This document shows positions 1 to 12,750 of a DNA stretch of 64,000 nucleotides, in pieces; position 1 is the first letter of the stretch; each line of letters opens with the position of its first letter. The notes beneath the pieces are model-generated. The model did no database searches and had not been told where the DNA came from. It saw only the letters and a program-made list of their open reading frames with translations. Source of the DNA: Rhynchobatus australiae (taxonomy: Eukaryota); the NCBI GenBank assembly GCA_034780895.1, contig JAUZTB010000042.1, positions 12,669,974 to 12,733,973 of the forward strand. The letters run 5' to 3'. The position numbers and the translations under genes were made by a program.

Positions 1-2035
1 TTTATAGACAGCAGGAAAGTGCTCAAGCAGGTGATTGGGAAGGCCTAAAGTGGCCATGAAATGTCCTTCGCAAGCAGGATCAAGGAGAATCTAAAGGCAT
101 TTTATACTTGTATTAAGAAAAAGAGGATAACTAAGGAGAATGTAAGTCCACTCAAGGATAAAGGAGGGAATTTGCGCATGGAGTTGGAGCAAGTGGCTGA
201 GGTACTAAATCTGTACTTTGTTGATATTTACTGAGAAGGATTTGGAGGATAGTGAAGGCAGAGTGGGGGCATGCTAATGAGCTGGGACATTTTGAGATCA
301 TGGAGAAGGTAGTTCTGGGTCTTCTGAAAAGCATTAAGGTGGATAAGTCCCCAGGGCCTTATGGCACATCTTTGAATATTGAAACAAGCAAATGAGGAGA
401 TTGCTGGAACTTTGACAGAAATCCTCGTGTCCTCACTAGCAGCAGGTGAGGTCCCAGAAGACTGGAGAGTAGAAAATATAGTGCCTTTGTTCAAGAAAGA
501 AAATAGGGATAATCCAGGTAATTATTAGGCCAGTGAACCTCACCTCAGTGAGGATACTGAGGGATAGGATTTGTGTGCATTTGGAAACACGTGGCCTGCT
601 TAGGGACAGTCAGCATAGCTTTTTGCAGGGCAGGTCGTGCCTTACAAAATTAAATTTTTTGAGGATTTGACAAAGGAACTTGAGGGTAAGGCAGTGGACA
701 ATTATCTATGTGGACTTTAGTGAGGCATTTGACAAGATCCGTCATGATTCAGAAGATAAAGATGCATAGGATCCAGGGTGAATGGCAAGTTTGGATTCAG
801 AACTGTCTTGCTCACAGAAGATAGAGTAGGGGTAGAAGGCTGTTGTTCTCGCTGGAGGTCCATGACCAGTGGTGTTCCACGAGGGTCAGTGCTGGGACAT
901 CTGTGATGCACATCAGTGTTTTGGAATCAAATGTAGATGGGTGGATTAGCAAGTTTGCACGCGACCCCAAGATTGGTGGAATTGTGGACAATGTAAAGGG
1001 CAATCAAAGAATACAGTGGGATATAGATCAGTTGCAGGTATGGGAAGAGAAGTGGCAGATGGAGTTTAATCTGGGCAAGTGTGAGGTGTTGCACTTTTAG
1101 AGGTTAAATGAAAGGAGAAAGTATGCAGTTAATGGTAGACCCCTAAATAGCATTGAAGTATAGAGGGATCTTTGGGAGCTCCAGGTCTGTAGTTCACTGA
1201 AAGTGTCTATGCAAGTGGATAACATGGTAAAGAAGGCATATGGCATGCTTGCCTTCAGTGGCAGGGATCTTGAGTATAAGAGTAAGGAAGTCGTGCTGCA
1301 GCNNNNNNNNNNNNNNNNNNNNNNNNNNNNNNNNNNNNNNNNNNNNNNNNNNNNNNNNNNNNNNNNNNNNNNNNNNNNNNNNNNNNNNNNNNNNNNNNNN
1401 NNTTGCCTTCAGTGGCAGGGATCTTGAGTATAAGAGTAAGGAAGTCGTGCTGCAGCTATATAAAACTTCAGTCAGACCGCACTTGGAGTATTGGATGCAG
1501 TTCTGGTTTCCCCATTATAGGAAGGATGTGGACACTGTGGAGAGGGTTCAGATGAGATTCACCAGGATGATGCCTGGATGCAAGGGTATGAGTTATAAAT
1601 AAAGATTGGCCAAACTTGGGTTGCTCTCCCTAGAGTATTGGAGGGGAAACCTTAAGTTTTTAAAATTGAGGCATGGATAAGTTACAGTCAGAATCTGTTC
1701 CCCAGCGTAGAAATGTCAAATATCAGAAGACATGCGTTTAAGGGTTGCGTTGGGGGGAGGGGGTGGGGTGGGGTGGGTGGATTTTAAAGGCAATGTGNNN
1801 NNNNNNNGAAGGCCAAGGTTTTTTTATGCAAATTGTGGTAGATGCCTGTAACAGGTTGCCAGAGGCAGTAGTGGAAGCAGGCAGTTTGGAGTTTGAGGCT
1901 TTTGGATAGACACATGAATCTGAAGGGAATGGAGGGACATGGATGATACACAGGAGGAGGACATTTAGTATATATTGGCATCAAAATCGGCACAGCATCG
2001 TGGGCCAAATGTCCTGTCCAGTGCTACACTGTTCT
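1..2035 (+). mobile_element. CR1 LINE, ORF2 reverse transcriptase region to 3' end (degenerate)
   Basis: Broken frames match CR1 ORF2 (ISKFARDPKIGGIVD, WQMEFNLGKCEVLHF, LYKTSVRPHLEYWMQFWFPHYRKD), followed by a CR1-type 3' tail (gggccaaatgtcctgtccagtgct). Confidence 0.9.
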
Positions 2036-3574
2036 GTCTTAACTATCTCCTCCATAATTGCTTTGAGATTTGCATATGCCAGATGGACCCTAAAATGTTA
2101 GTTTAAACATTGAGGGAACTTGGTCCTTGATTTGTGCATGTTAACCAGATGTTAACATCCTCTAGCTTGTTGTCTTGTGACCTAAATGGGACTGAAGCAC
2201 AGAGAGATCTCTGAAGCAGAATTAAGAGTGCTTGGGCCATCGACTTGATCTTCTGGGCACTTTGGAACCTTACCATCCATTTAAGCATGTGCTTGAAAAG
2301 TGAGTACTCCTGACTGCCCCTCTAATAATGAGGGAGTGTGGTGTTGTCTGGAGCTCTGTATGTGTTACTAGCCACAGTTAGAGCTCTCAGCTAGAAGAGT
2401 GCACAACCCTGAACTTGGTAGAATATTTTACTGTGCAAGGCCCCACTCCAGGTTGGTAATGCTATTCGTCCACAGCTCATTTGTGAAGAACGATGGATGC
2501 TGATTGATTATGATGCAAGTTATACCCAGTTTGTACTTTCAATGTGATTTATTATCTTGAGTTGTGGGTTGCACCATTTATCAAGTCAAAAATATTATTT
2601 GGACGTTTTAATTATCTTAAAACTTCTATTTCTTTCCAGAATTTCTGGGTTGGTAAATGTTCATTGTGAACAGTATCTTGGACGATTAGATCATTGCCTT
2701 AAGGCAACAAACTGACGAATGTACCTCTTTATATGTAGTTAGTGTGGGAGAGAGGTAAGATGGTAATCTTCAATTTGTTTTAATTTTTTTAAGGAATATT
2801 TTGCCTGTGAGTAATGAGTCAATTGAAGCTGCAATTTAAGCTGCCTCTGCAACAATTTAATTATACTCTTTGAACTCGTAATGTAATATGTTCTTAGCTG
2901 AAATTTCAATTTAGGGGACCAGACCCTTCAGAAGATATCAGAAATTATTCTGACCTCCTTATTATCCCCATAAAAATCACTTTAAACAGCATTAAAAGAT
3001 TGGAGCTGTGCATCCTTGGATGTAGTACAAAGAAACAAGAGATAAAAAGCAGGAAATTTGCTTTATAAAGTTCAGTCAGTGACGCTGACCATGACCCATT
3101 TACTGATTTCTCATATACAGCCTTGATTCATTCTTCAATTATTCCATTTTTCTTTTTAAACCATTCTTCTCATCACAATAAATGATGTAGTTATCAGTGA
3201 CAGCACAGACCGTATGTCCAATTTTATGGCCATTGGAAGATTGCCTAAGAACTAAGTGGACAGCAGGGATTTTCGGATCACTGTTTCAAAACATAGAACT
3301 ATTAAATTCCAGATCTGTCAATTGATTAACTGGGTCATCAGTCTTGTCAATCAAAGTGAGACGTGCAGAATTTTACTGTCAGTCATTGTTCTTTGGCTGA
3401 TTAACCAGGTCATCTGCTAATCAAAATGGACTTTAATTGAATTGTGTAGATTGAAAGAAAATTGTACTTTGTATCTCTTCTGCTTCAGTTGATTTGGAAG
3501 TGTTCTTGACTCTTACATGACATTAAAATATCATTCTTGCTGATAAGGAAGCCTGACAAAACAAAATAATTCTA

Positions 3575-3880
3575 CATTGCAGAGAAGAACAGAAGATGTT
3601 GGAGTTATTCGGCAGGTTGGGCAGCATCTATGGAGAGGGAATCAGTTTAATATTTACGGTGACCTTTCATCAGAACTGATAGTTGGTAACCCCTGTCACG
3701 TTCATTCCTTTTGTTCTTTCCATCAGCTCTTTCCCTTCTTTGCACTTAAAGTAGGTTTCTCTGTTTTTAAAGGAAGCTGAAATTTTAACTTTCTTTCCCC
3801 ACAAATGCTTCCTGACCTGTTGAGTACTTCCAACATTCTGCATTTATTTCGTATATTCAGCATCTTCTGTGCTTTGCTTT
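3575..3880. mobile_element. Penelope-derived terminal repeat pair in inverted orientation
   Basis: Left arm ggcaggttgggcagcatctatggagag...cctttcatcagaact; right arm ccacaaatgcttcctgacctgttgagtacttccaacatt. Same family as copies at 35.2, 54.8 and 60.4 kb. Confidence 0.6.
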
Positions 3881-4739
3881 TGTATTGTACAGAGATGTGG
3901 TTCTAGCTCCCATCTGTGATTCTGTCACGGTATCTTCAGAAAGTGGCAAAGTGACAGTAACCAAGTTGCCTCTGCAATTCCAGGGTTTCCTGCTGCACAG
4001 GATTTGCACAAACCAATCGGGGATCAGATACTAAAGTGGCAGAGTTTGGGATTTGGCAGTTAAATGTAAAACTTTCTCACTTTTTCCCTCTTTTTTTTCC
4101 ACTCTTTATTTACCCAACAACATAAGTTATCATTTTAACTAATGACTGTCCAATATCTCTTCCTCAATTTTTGTGTTAGGAAGCATAAAGTGCCCCTTTC
4201 AAATGCATCTTATTCCTCTCAATGCATGTTTAGATTAGACACCTTGTACAAACTGTGAGGACTTCCACAGAATGCTGTAGGCAGGCCAGAGTCGCTATAG
4301 TCGGCTGAATTGAAGTTGTGGTCGGCTGTCAGGTTCTTGGTTCCTTTCTGACTTCCACATGTGCTTGAACAAATGCAGAAGTACAGAGTGATCTGGAGGT
4401 CAGATGCATTGAGCCCAGTACTTTGCATCTGCCCCCTCTGCTTCACCTACACATAGCTGGATGCAGATCATGAGCAGATTAATTTGAGAAACGAATATAG
4501 AGGAAGTGTGGGGAAGTGACTGAATTTAAAAATGCCAAGAGTTTATTAAAAATATTTACATCCATTTTAACCGCTATCAGAAACATTTACAAACAGTTCA
4601 AAGGCTTATGAAAGCAGCAGGCTGTCAGAGGTGTTCCAGGGAGAGGGCCTTGGGGTGTGCTGCCTTGCCATTTGGATCCACTCTGCCTCGGGTTTGTGGG
4701 GTGGGATGGGGTATTAGCTTATTTTTCCTTTTTGTCTGG

Positions 4740-5170
4740 AGAAGCTAAATGCAAGCAGGTGCAAAGTATTGGTACAGAGGTTTATCAAACTGAGGGGTGG
4801 AGATGGTCAGAATCTTTCTCCCAGAACAGCAGTGTCTAGAACTCGAGAGCATTGGATTTAAGGTGAGGGGACATATTTAAAGGGATTGGAAGGGTAAGTG
4901 TTTCACAGGAAGGGTTGTGACTATCTGAAGTGAGCTGCCAGAGGAGGTGGTGGAGATGGATGCAATTACAATGTTTAAAAGGCTTATGGATGAGTATTTG
5001 GATAGGAAAGGTGTATAGGAACACTGGTTGAATGTGGGTAAATGGGATTAATGCAGATGGACATCACTGTCAGTGTGGACAAGGTGGGCCAAAAGGGCCC
5101 ACTTCTTCATGACTGAAGGGCGGAGCAGACGATGGGCTGAATGGTCTAATTCTGCTCCTATATCTTATGG
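4740..5170 (+). mobile_element. CR1 LINE 3' fragments
   Basis: gagctgccagaggaggtggtggag...gggccaaaagggcc 3' motifs similar to the CR1 copies at 1-2 kb and 49-50 kb. Confidence 0.75.
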
Positions 5171-5309
5171 TCTTCCAGTCACCTGCCTGAAGTTGTGTGA
5201 GCCCTCCTGCAGCGAAGATGGTCCGAATTTTGAGGTGTCCAGTGAAAGACCCCAGTGTCATGCTGGTTATGTTTTTGTTATGGGTGGGGGGGGCGCAGTC
5301 AGTGCATCA

Positions 5310-5660
5310 CCAAGGAGGCCAGCATTTATTCTCCATCCATAGCTACCTTTTGAGAAAGCCCTGATGGGTTGCTGCCTTGAACTGCTGCAGTCCTTTTGAT
5401 GAAGGTGCTCCCACGTTGCCACTGGGGAAGGCGTTCCAGGAGTTAGACTCAGTGACTAAGAAATATTGGTGATGTGCTATCCTGATTTGGAAATGTATAA
5501 CTTGTAGATAGTGATTCTCTCATATATCTGTTACTCTTGTCTTTAGTGCTGGAGGTTGTGGGTTTGGGAGGTGGTGCTGGAATAACTACAACTCCTTTTG
5601 TAGATGGTGCACACTGTACCCACTGTGCTGTGGAGGGAATGAATGTTTATGGTTGTTATG
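5310..5660 (-). mobile_element. 3' part of an L2/CR1-like LINE
   Basis: ggccagcatttatt..ccatcc is the reverse complement of the 3' tail seen at ~48805 (ggcaataaatgctggcc). Confidence 0.65.
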
Positions 5661-5769
5661 TTAGGGGATCTGTGATGTGCAAACTGAGGACAAACTTTTT
5701 GGAGACCAGTGGGAAGTGTGCACCAAAATTGACTCCTGTACAAACTTTCTCCTGGGGCTATTCAAGTTC

Positions 5770-5900
5770 AAGAGATTGTTTGTTAGAGGGATATGTGGGA
5801 GGAAGGGGGTTAGATATTCTGAGGTGTGGTCTGAAGGTCGGCACAACATGGTGGGCCAAAGGGCCTGTATTGTGCTGTATGGTCTATGGTTTGTTCTATT
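5770..5900 (+). mobile_element. CR1 3' tail
   Basis: ggcacaacatggtgggccaaagggcctgtattgtgctgtatggtctatg; similar to 29.9-30.06 kb. Confidence 0.65.
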
Positions 5901-6344
5901 AAGCCCGTGACCCCAAACTAGACTTTCATAGGTCATGACTGCCCTTGCCAGTAAGGAACAGGTGGCCACCCTGCACACTGCTCCAGTTAAGTCTTGGGAC
6001 CAAATTTCCTCCGGTTGCATACGTGAAGCTTTGATTTGAGGATGACTTTAACTCCTGCCTTTTACTGAGCACAGGATTTGGAATATTCCCACTTTATTTT
6101 GGAGTCATTCTAGTTTTTTGTCCATTTTTTTTTTGCTTGGTGATCACTTCAGAAATGCTGGTTTTGGCTGCTTTCTTTTGATGTATATATTTCATCCCAA
6201 AAGATATTTGTGGTGAGTTGTTGATTTTTTTTTTGTTTACTTCCTGTCTTTGTGGGTCAACTTCATTGACCTCACCAGGCTTCCTTGCCCTATTCTTATC
6301 TGCTGCCCCCTTTTTGTTTGTTTTTGGGAGCACTCTATGGCTTA

Positions 6345-7025
6345 AAGCAATCCCGTCAGGCAGGAGGTACAGAACCTGAAGTCCCACACCACCAGGTTCA
6401 GAAATGGCTACTTTCCTACAACCATCAGGTTCTTGNNNNNNNNNNNNNNNNNNNNNNNNNNNNNNNNNNNNNNNNNNNNNNNNNNNNNNNNNNNNNNNNN
6501 NNNNNNNNNNNNNNNNNNNNNNNNNNNNNNNNNNNNNNNNNNNNNNNNNNNNNNNNNNNNNNNNNNNNNNNNNNNNNNNNNNNNNNNNNNNNNNNNNNNN
6601 NNNNNNNNNNNNNNNNNNNNNNNNNNNNNNNNNNNNNNNNNNNNNNNNNNNNNNNNNNNNNNNNNNNNNNNNNNNNNNNNNNNNNNNNNNNNNNNNNNNN
6701 NNNNNNNNNNNNNNNNNNNNNNNNNNNNNNNNNNNNNNNNNNNNNNNNNNNNNNNNNNNNNNNNNNNNNNNNNNNNNNNNNNNNNNNNNNNNNNNNNNNN
6801 NNNNNNNNNNNNNNNNNNNNNNNNNNNNNNNNNNNNNNNNNNNNNNNNNNNNNNNNNNNNNNNNNNNNNNNNNNNNNNNNNNNNNNNNNNNNNNNNNNNN
6901 NNNNNNNNNNNNNNNNNNNNNNNNNNNNNNTCTCTGTCTGTTGTCCATACCTAAGTGCCTGTGATGCTGCTACAAGCAAGTTTTTTCATTGTAACTGTAC
7001 TTGTGCACATGACAATAGACTTGAC
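6345..7025 (+). mobile_element. Rex1/Babar-type LINE 3' end spanning a gap
   Basis: PSGRRY..HTTRFRNGYFPTTIRFL-like C-terminus (frameshifted) before the gap, and a gcacatgacaata-type tail after it. Confidence 0.6.
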
Positions 7026-7689
7026 ATCCCCATCATCTGCGGGAGGCGGCTGTGTTTGTGATGCATCCCTGACATTACCTTCCCAAACCCACCTCCTGGA
7101 TTGGGCAACTTATTTCTGATTCTTCCAACATTCACTCCTCCTCCTCTATCTTGTTGAAGATGAGCAGAACTGTAAAATTCTTAAACCCCTTAATGCTACT
7201 GCTGGCAGGATGGATGAAAGCCAAGAGGATTGATGTTATTTTTAAGCTGGCAGCTGTTACAAGCAACTTGGGCTACAGCAGCTAATTAACTGCTACGTTA
7301 TCAGCAGGTACCCAAGTGGGCAAGGGGGAGGGAGGGAGGCCGACATCAGGTAAAACGAAACAAGATTATTAACCTCACTGCAGCATGTAAGATTGAAGTA
7401 GCTGATGGATAATTAATGTCATTGTTCGTGGATCATCGATTCAGATCAGACCAAAAAAGCTGTGTGGAAGATTACAGCTGTTGTACAGGAGGATACTTGG
7501 TTAATTATTCTCATCTCTTTTGCAGCATTAATTTTATCCTCAAACCATATTTCTGCAACTTTGGTCACAGTTTTCATTCTATTTCTTCACATTAAATCTG
7601 GTCGTAATCTGAATTGCTGCAGGGATTTGATTTCTTTATTAAATGCAGTTGTACTTTATCCATTCAGACACTGAACCCCTCCCATGCTG

Positions 7690-8400
7690 ATGTGGGAAAT
7701 TGGAAATGGGCAGCATCTGTGGAGTGAGAAATAGTTGATGTTTAAAGTCAAAGACCCTTTGTTGGAACTGGGGAAAGGGGGAAAGAAGTTTTAAATAGCA
7801 GAGTAAGTGGAGGGGGGGGGAGAGATGGACAGGGCAATGGGAATATCTGTGATGGGGTGAGGCCAGGGTTGCTGAGAGGATAAGTTGTACAGGTCATCTG
7901 GTTGATGGTCAATTAGATAATGAGAATATAAACCTAGAAGCATAAAAAGTTGTGATATGCAGAGTTATAGGACATAGCCAGTATGTCAGAAAAATTGAGC
8001 CTAAATGTTACAGGATGATTTGCAGCAGAAATGGACAGTTCTGATTCAGACAGGGAAAATGAGTCACCTAAAGCTGTAGAATTGGATACCAAGGCTGCAC
8101 TGTGCCTGGATGGAAAATGAGGAGCTGTTGCTCAAGCATAAGAACAGTTTTTTCTCATTGGCTGTTTGGAGGGAAAATGTGAAAAGACAAGATTTGAATC
8201 TCCTGCAGTTGCATGAGAAAAGTGCTGTTAGCAAGGGAGTGGTTAGTGAGAATGGAAGAGCAGAGCAGACCAGGGGGTTTGCAAAGAGGATAGACCCTTT
8301 GAAATACTGAAAGGGAAGTAGATGATGTATCTAGTGATGGGATCTTGTTGAAACTGGTGGGAATTGTGAAGGACGATTTAAACCTCAGTGAGATTTCTGG
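7690..8400 (-). mobile_element. Old Penelope-like remnant
   Basis: Terminal motif gggcagcatctgtggag...gtcaaagacccttt followed by purine-rich degenerate sequence like the 32.4-33.4 kb copy. Confidence 0.45.
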
Positions 8401-8545
8401 AAATCCCCAACTCTTGCAGTCCACCAGCAACCCCGCCTCTCCCCCNNNNNNNNNNNNNNNNNNNNNNNNNNNNNNNNNNNNNNNNNNNNNNNNNNNNNNN
8501 NNNNNNNNNNNNNNNNNNNNNNNNNNNNNNNNNNNNNNNNNNNNN

Positions 8546-10030
8546 ATCTTTCCTGTACACTGTGTACCCCTGGATATTCAGTTCCCAATCACATCCGTCA
8601 TTCAGCTGTGACTCGGTGATTGCCACAATGTCATATTTTTTAATCTGTAGCTGTGCCACTAGGTCATCGACTTTATTTCTAATGCTATGTGCATTTAAAT
8701 ATAGTATATTTAGACCAGTATCTGCTACTGATTTCGCTGTATCTCTATTGTTCAGCAAATTATCCCGTCTTCTCACCTGCCTGTCCCTCTTACCATCTTC
8801 ACTGCACACTGTCTTGGGCTTGTTCCTATATACCTCTTCCCCTGTCCTAACATCCTGGTTTCCTTCCTCCTGCCAAATGAGTTTAAACCCTCCCCAACAG
8901 CTATATTATCCCGCCAGGAAATTGGACCCCTCAGAGTTCAGGTGTAACCCATCCTTTGTGAATAGGTCATACCTCTCCCAAAAAAAAGGTCCCAATGATC
9001 CAAGAATTTGAAGCCCTGCCCCCTGCACCAGTTACTCTGCCGCGCATTCATCTGCCTGATCTTGCTCTTCTTATTTTCAGTAGCATGTGACACAGGTAGT
9101 AACCCTGAGATTACTGCCCTGGAGGTCCTGCTTCTCAACCTTCTTCCTAGCTCCTTGTACTCTTCCTTCAGGACCTCCTCTCTTTTTCTACCTATGTCAT
9201 TGGTACCTACATGCACCGAGACTTCTGGCTGATCACTCTCTCCCCTCAGAATATTCCGGACCAGGTCCGAGACATCCTGTACCCTGGCACCAGGGAGGCA
9301 ACAGACCATCTGGGTACTGTTGTCAGGTTCACAGAATCTCTTATCTGTTTCCCTCACTATAGAATCCCCGACGACGACTGCAGTTCTCCTTGCCCGCTGG
9401 ACCACGGCACCAGGTACGGTGCCAAACTCCTGTTTGCCATGGTCTTCCTCTGTCAGGTCATCCTCTCCAACGGAATCTAAACTGAGATACTGAATTTTGA
9501 GGGGGACCGCCAGAGGTTCTCTCTACATAATCTTTATAGCTTCTGTCTGTCTCCTCACTCTCCCTAATCAGCTGAAGGTCATTGAGCTGCTGCTCCAGAA
9601 TCCCAACAAATTCCTTGAGGAGCCACATCTCAATGCACTTTGTGCAGATGTAGTCCTCGGGCAGGCTGGTAATCTCCCAGGGTCCCCACATTTGGCACTC
9701 CAAACATAACACTAATCCCAGATGCATACTGCTATAGCACTGTTTAATGCAACTACAATAAATAAACTACTAACTTACCCCCACGCTATAAATCTCGCCT
9801 CTTACCCATTCTCGCCTAAGCCTATTGAGCCAATGGCCAACCACACTGCTCCCTCTCACTCCGCCTGCTCCGAACGCTGTCCGCGGGATATGGCAGTCTT
9901 CTTTTAAACTGCCCGTGCTACCAAGTGATGTCACGCACCAGCACAATCACTCCCTGCTGTCCTCAAATGCTACGGGGAAGAAAACAATCGCTTTGTTAGT
10001 CTTCGGCTCTCCCTGCTCCCTTGCCTCTTG
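8546..10030 (-). mobile_element. 5' part of a CR1 LINE: 5' UTR, ORF1 (Cys-rich/leucine-zipper region plus SGNH esterase) and start of ORF2 (APE endonuclease)
   Basis: ORF1 shows CLECQMW..YICTKC..LEQQLNDL, VVVGDSIVR, CLPGARVQDV and VHVGTNDIG. ORF2 shows LYLNAHSIRNK..YDIVAITES..IQGYTVYRKD. Stops and frameshifts are present. Confidence 0.9.
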
Positions 10031-10587
10031 CTGCTGATCACTAATTAATTTGCTATAATCTAACATAAAATATTGATACTATTTATATTTGCTGCAATAA
10101 TTTTGAAATATTTTGCATGCTACAACCCAGTATAATATCATATGAAAGTTTAAGACTGAGTTCATTGGAGTGCAGTACCTTATTTATTTTGCATTGTGTG
10201 CAGTGATTATTTAACCTGATAGCAATTTGCAGCTTTTCATTTATAAAATATTGAGGACTTCCTAAATAATTCATGATGGCAGACTAGTTCTTACAATATT
10301 GTTTTTGTTATTTTTGGTCGAGGTGTTAATCTGAGTTTTGAAATAGCAGCCTGAACAATGTGCAGTTCAATATCATCTGTTAATACTGCTACATGGGAAA
10401 GCTAATAATACTTAAGAAAGCTATTTGATAAATGCTCCTCTGATATGAACACCCAGCTTTTAAATAGCCTCTATACTGCAGTAATTAAGAATTTTCAAGG
10501 CTCTCAAGATTTTACCTTCAGTTGATCTGTTTTAGCCATTAATACCTCCCTGTAGGATCCACCAACATTATGGCTGCAGCTCTGTTG

Positions 10588-11742
10588 GTATGGCACTCTC
10601 TCTGGTTAAGGGGGTTCCAGTTCTACTCCAGGGACTTGGGTATAAAAATCTGGGCTGACGCTAGTGCTGTACTGAAGGGGTCATCTTAGGCACTCCCTCG
10701 GGATTGAGGATGACATGCTTCCACTCCAGTTCTGAGGTGGTTAATGAGGCCAGTGTGGGAACCATAGATGGGACAGGAGGTGACACTGATTTGATGGGCA
10801 AGGGAGTACTTAATGAGGTGAATTATTTCTTCTACTTGCTGTGTGGCTGAGTTTCTCCACACCATCCTGAATGCTCCTTCATGTTGAATAGTTCCCAGGA
10901 GTCAGTGGGAATGTTGCACTTGTTTAAGGAATCCTTGTGCACATTCTTGGATCCTTTCCCCACTGGTAATCTCTCACGGAGTCTGGAGCTGTGTCTGTTT
11001 TGAGAGCTTGGTGTTGAATATGTGAACAGTGGCCTGCCCACTGTAACTGACTGAGACTAACTGGTGACTTGGTGGTCATGTTGACCTAGCAGATGCCACT
11101 GATGTTGTTTTGCATCACCTTCCAGTGAATTTGGAGGATTTTTCATTGGTGGCGTCTTTTCAATGTGTAAGAGTGCCTGCTGTACGTAATTCTGGTCTCA
11201 GAAGCATATAGGAAGGCAGAAATCTTTGTGTGGTAGACCATATGTTTTGTGCCAGGTCGGACTTGATCTTCAAATGTGACCAAGGGTTATACGGATGGAT
11301 TGAAAGCAGTGGTGAATTTGATTGCTGATGTCTGCCCTCGTTGAGAGAGTGCTCCTGAGGTATGGAAGTGGTTCAATGTGTTGGAGGTCAGTGTGCTGCA
11401 GTTTAGGATAGAGGACCTTGCAGATGTTGAGTGCTCAGCCTATTCTCTCGTACTTCAGTGAATGTCAAGACAATGCTGTCCACCGGAGGAGACATTAAGC
11501 TGAGTCTCCGTCTTATTCTCTCAGGTACAATCATTAGGAACTATTTTAAAGAAAAGCTATTTCTGAATGAGACAGATCACCAGTGATTACTCTGTTGTTT
11601 TGGGAGTTGTTGTATGCAAATTGGCCACTGTTTTCTGATTTGTGACAGAGACTCAAGTTGCAAAGGTACTCTGGTTGTAAAGTGTGCGGGGACATTTTGC
11701 AAAGAATCTGAAGGGCACGGTGTCAATGCAAGTCTGTCTTTC
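10588..11742 (+). mobile_element. Deu-domain SINE (SacSINE1/AmnSINE1-like) split by an RTE insertion: 5' part ~10588-10680, 3' part ~11462-11742
   Basis: 5' part ggcactct..cagggacttgggtataaaaatctgggctgac..tgtactgaaggg; 3' part gagacattaagctgag..tgtatgcaaattggc..aatgcaagtctgtctttc. These match the DeuSINE layout as I recall it. Confidence 0.6.
10682..11460 (-). mobile_element. RTE-clade LINE 3' fragment
   Basis: Minus-strand translation ..KDSLNKCNIPTDSWE.. resembles the RTE ORF C-terminus; 3' tail lies near 10690. Confidence 0.6.
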
Positions 11743-12254
11743 ACCTCGTGCTTCCTCCATTATCATAATGTTAACTACAACTCCTGAAACTCTGCAACCG
11801 TTGGACTTTGTGCAGTTTTTAAGCCTTCAGCGTTGGACACTGACAAGAATTGTTGATGGTGTGAGGTNNNNNNNNNNGATGGTTTTGGTGGGGGTGGTGT
11901 TGGTGGGGTCATCCATCGAACACTGGGCCTGCTCCATTCCTTGTCTCTTTTAAACTCTGGAAAATGTGAATATTTCTGTTCTCTTCATTGATGCTGCCTA
12001 ACCTGCTTCATATTTTTGCCTTGTGTTTTTCTTTCAGAGAAGTTTACTTGGCTTAGAGTTCCAACTGAACACCATCTGTTCTGGATGAGATGGTGAAAAC
12101 AATTTGGCATAAAAGTGAAAAGTTGTTGGCTGACCTGCTGAGTCTTTCCAGTTCTTTTTGTTTGCTGTTTACGTTTTAGATTTCCTGCATTAATGCTGTT
12201 TAGCATTCCTGTCACAGAGCCCAGTCCTGTGTGTAATGCACCTAGAGAGGCTCA

Positions 12255-12750
12255 AAGGACTGGGCTTAGTTCTCTAGAGTTTAGAAGAATGAGAGAAGAT
12301 CTCATTGACATTTACCAAACTATTAAAGTTTTCTGGCTTTTATTTTGGCCTTCACTACTACTCTGGGATAGTATGTGCACTTTTGGTCTCCCCAGCTAAG
12401 AAAAGATGTTCTTGCCATGGACAGTGCAGTGAAGAATGACCAGACTGACTTGTGGGATGGTGGGACTGTTGTACGAGGAGAAAATGGGCTGACCAAGCCT
12501 ATATTCTATAGAGTTTAGAAGTAACAGAAGGTCTCTCGTAAAATGTTCAAAATTCTCAAATAACTTGACATGCTGGATGCAGGGAGGGTGTTTCCCTGGC
12601 TGCAGGGGTTTGGGTGAAGGTAGTAGGTGTGGGGAGGCCTGAAGTAAGGAATGATTGTCTCAGGATGTGGGAAAGATTCTTGGGATGGGAATGAGGAGAA
12701 ACTTTCCTCACTTGGAGAGTAGTGAACCGATGGAATTCTCTTCCACAAAG
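12255..12750 (+). mobile_element. CR1 LINE fragments
   Basis: SLEFRRMREDLIDIYQTIK motif occurs twice, plus gtgcagtgaagaatgaccagactga. Confidence 0.7.

Noticed and set aside
1249-1456. Exact direct repeats on both sides of 100-N gaps (also near 29610/29735, 49722/49832, 61394/61528 and 62089/62222)
   Set aside because: These are unmerged contig overlaps, an assembly artefact, not tandem duplications or target-site duplications.
1752-1780. G-quadruplex-like G-run tract
   Set aside because: Low-complexity expansion inside a CR1 remnant; no sign of function.
4219-4446. Minus-strand 75-aa ORF as an ERG exon
   Set aside because: No similarity to ERG sequence that I can recognise, and weak splice signals.
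8546-8580. YRKD peptide on the minus strand, like the end of ERG exon 2
   Set aside because: The context (IQGYTVYRKD) is CR1 endonuclease, not the channel PAS domain.
8938-9405. SGNH esterase ORF as a host gene
   Set aside because: It is the known ORF1 esterase domain of CR1 LINEs, degenerate and directly followed by ORF2.
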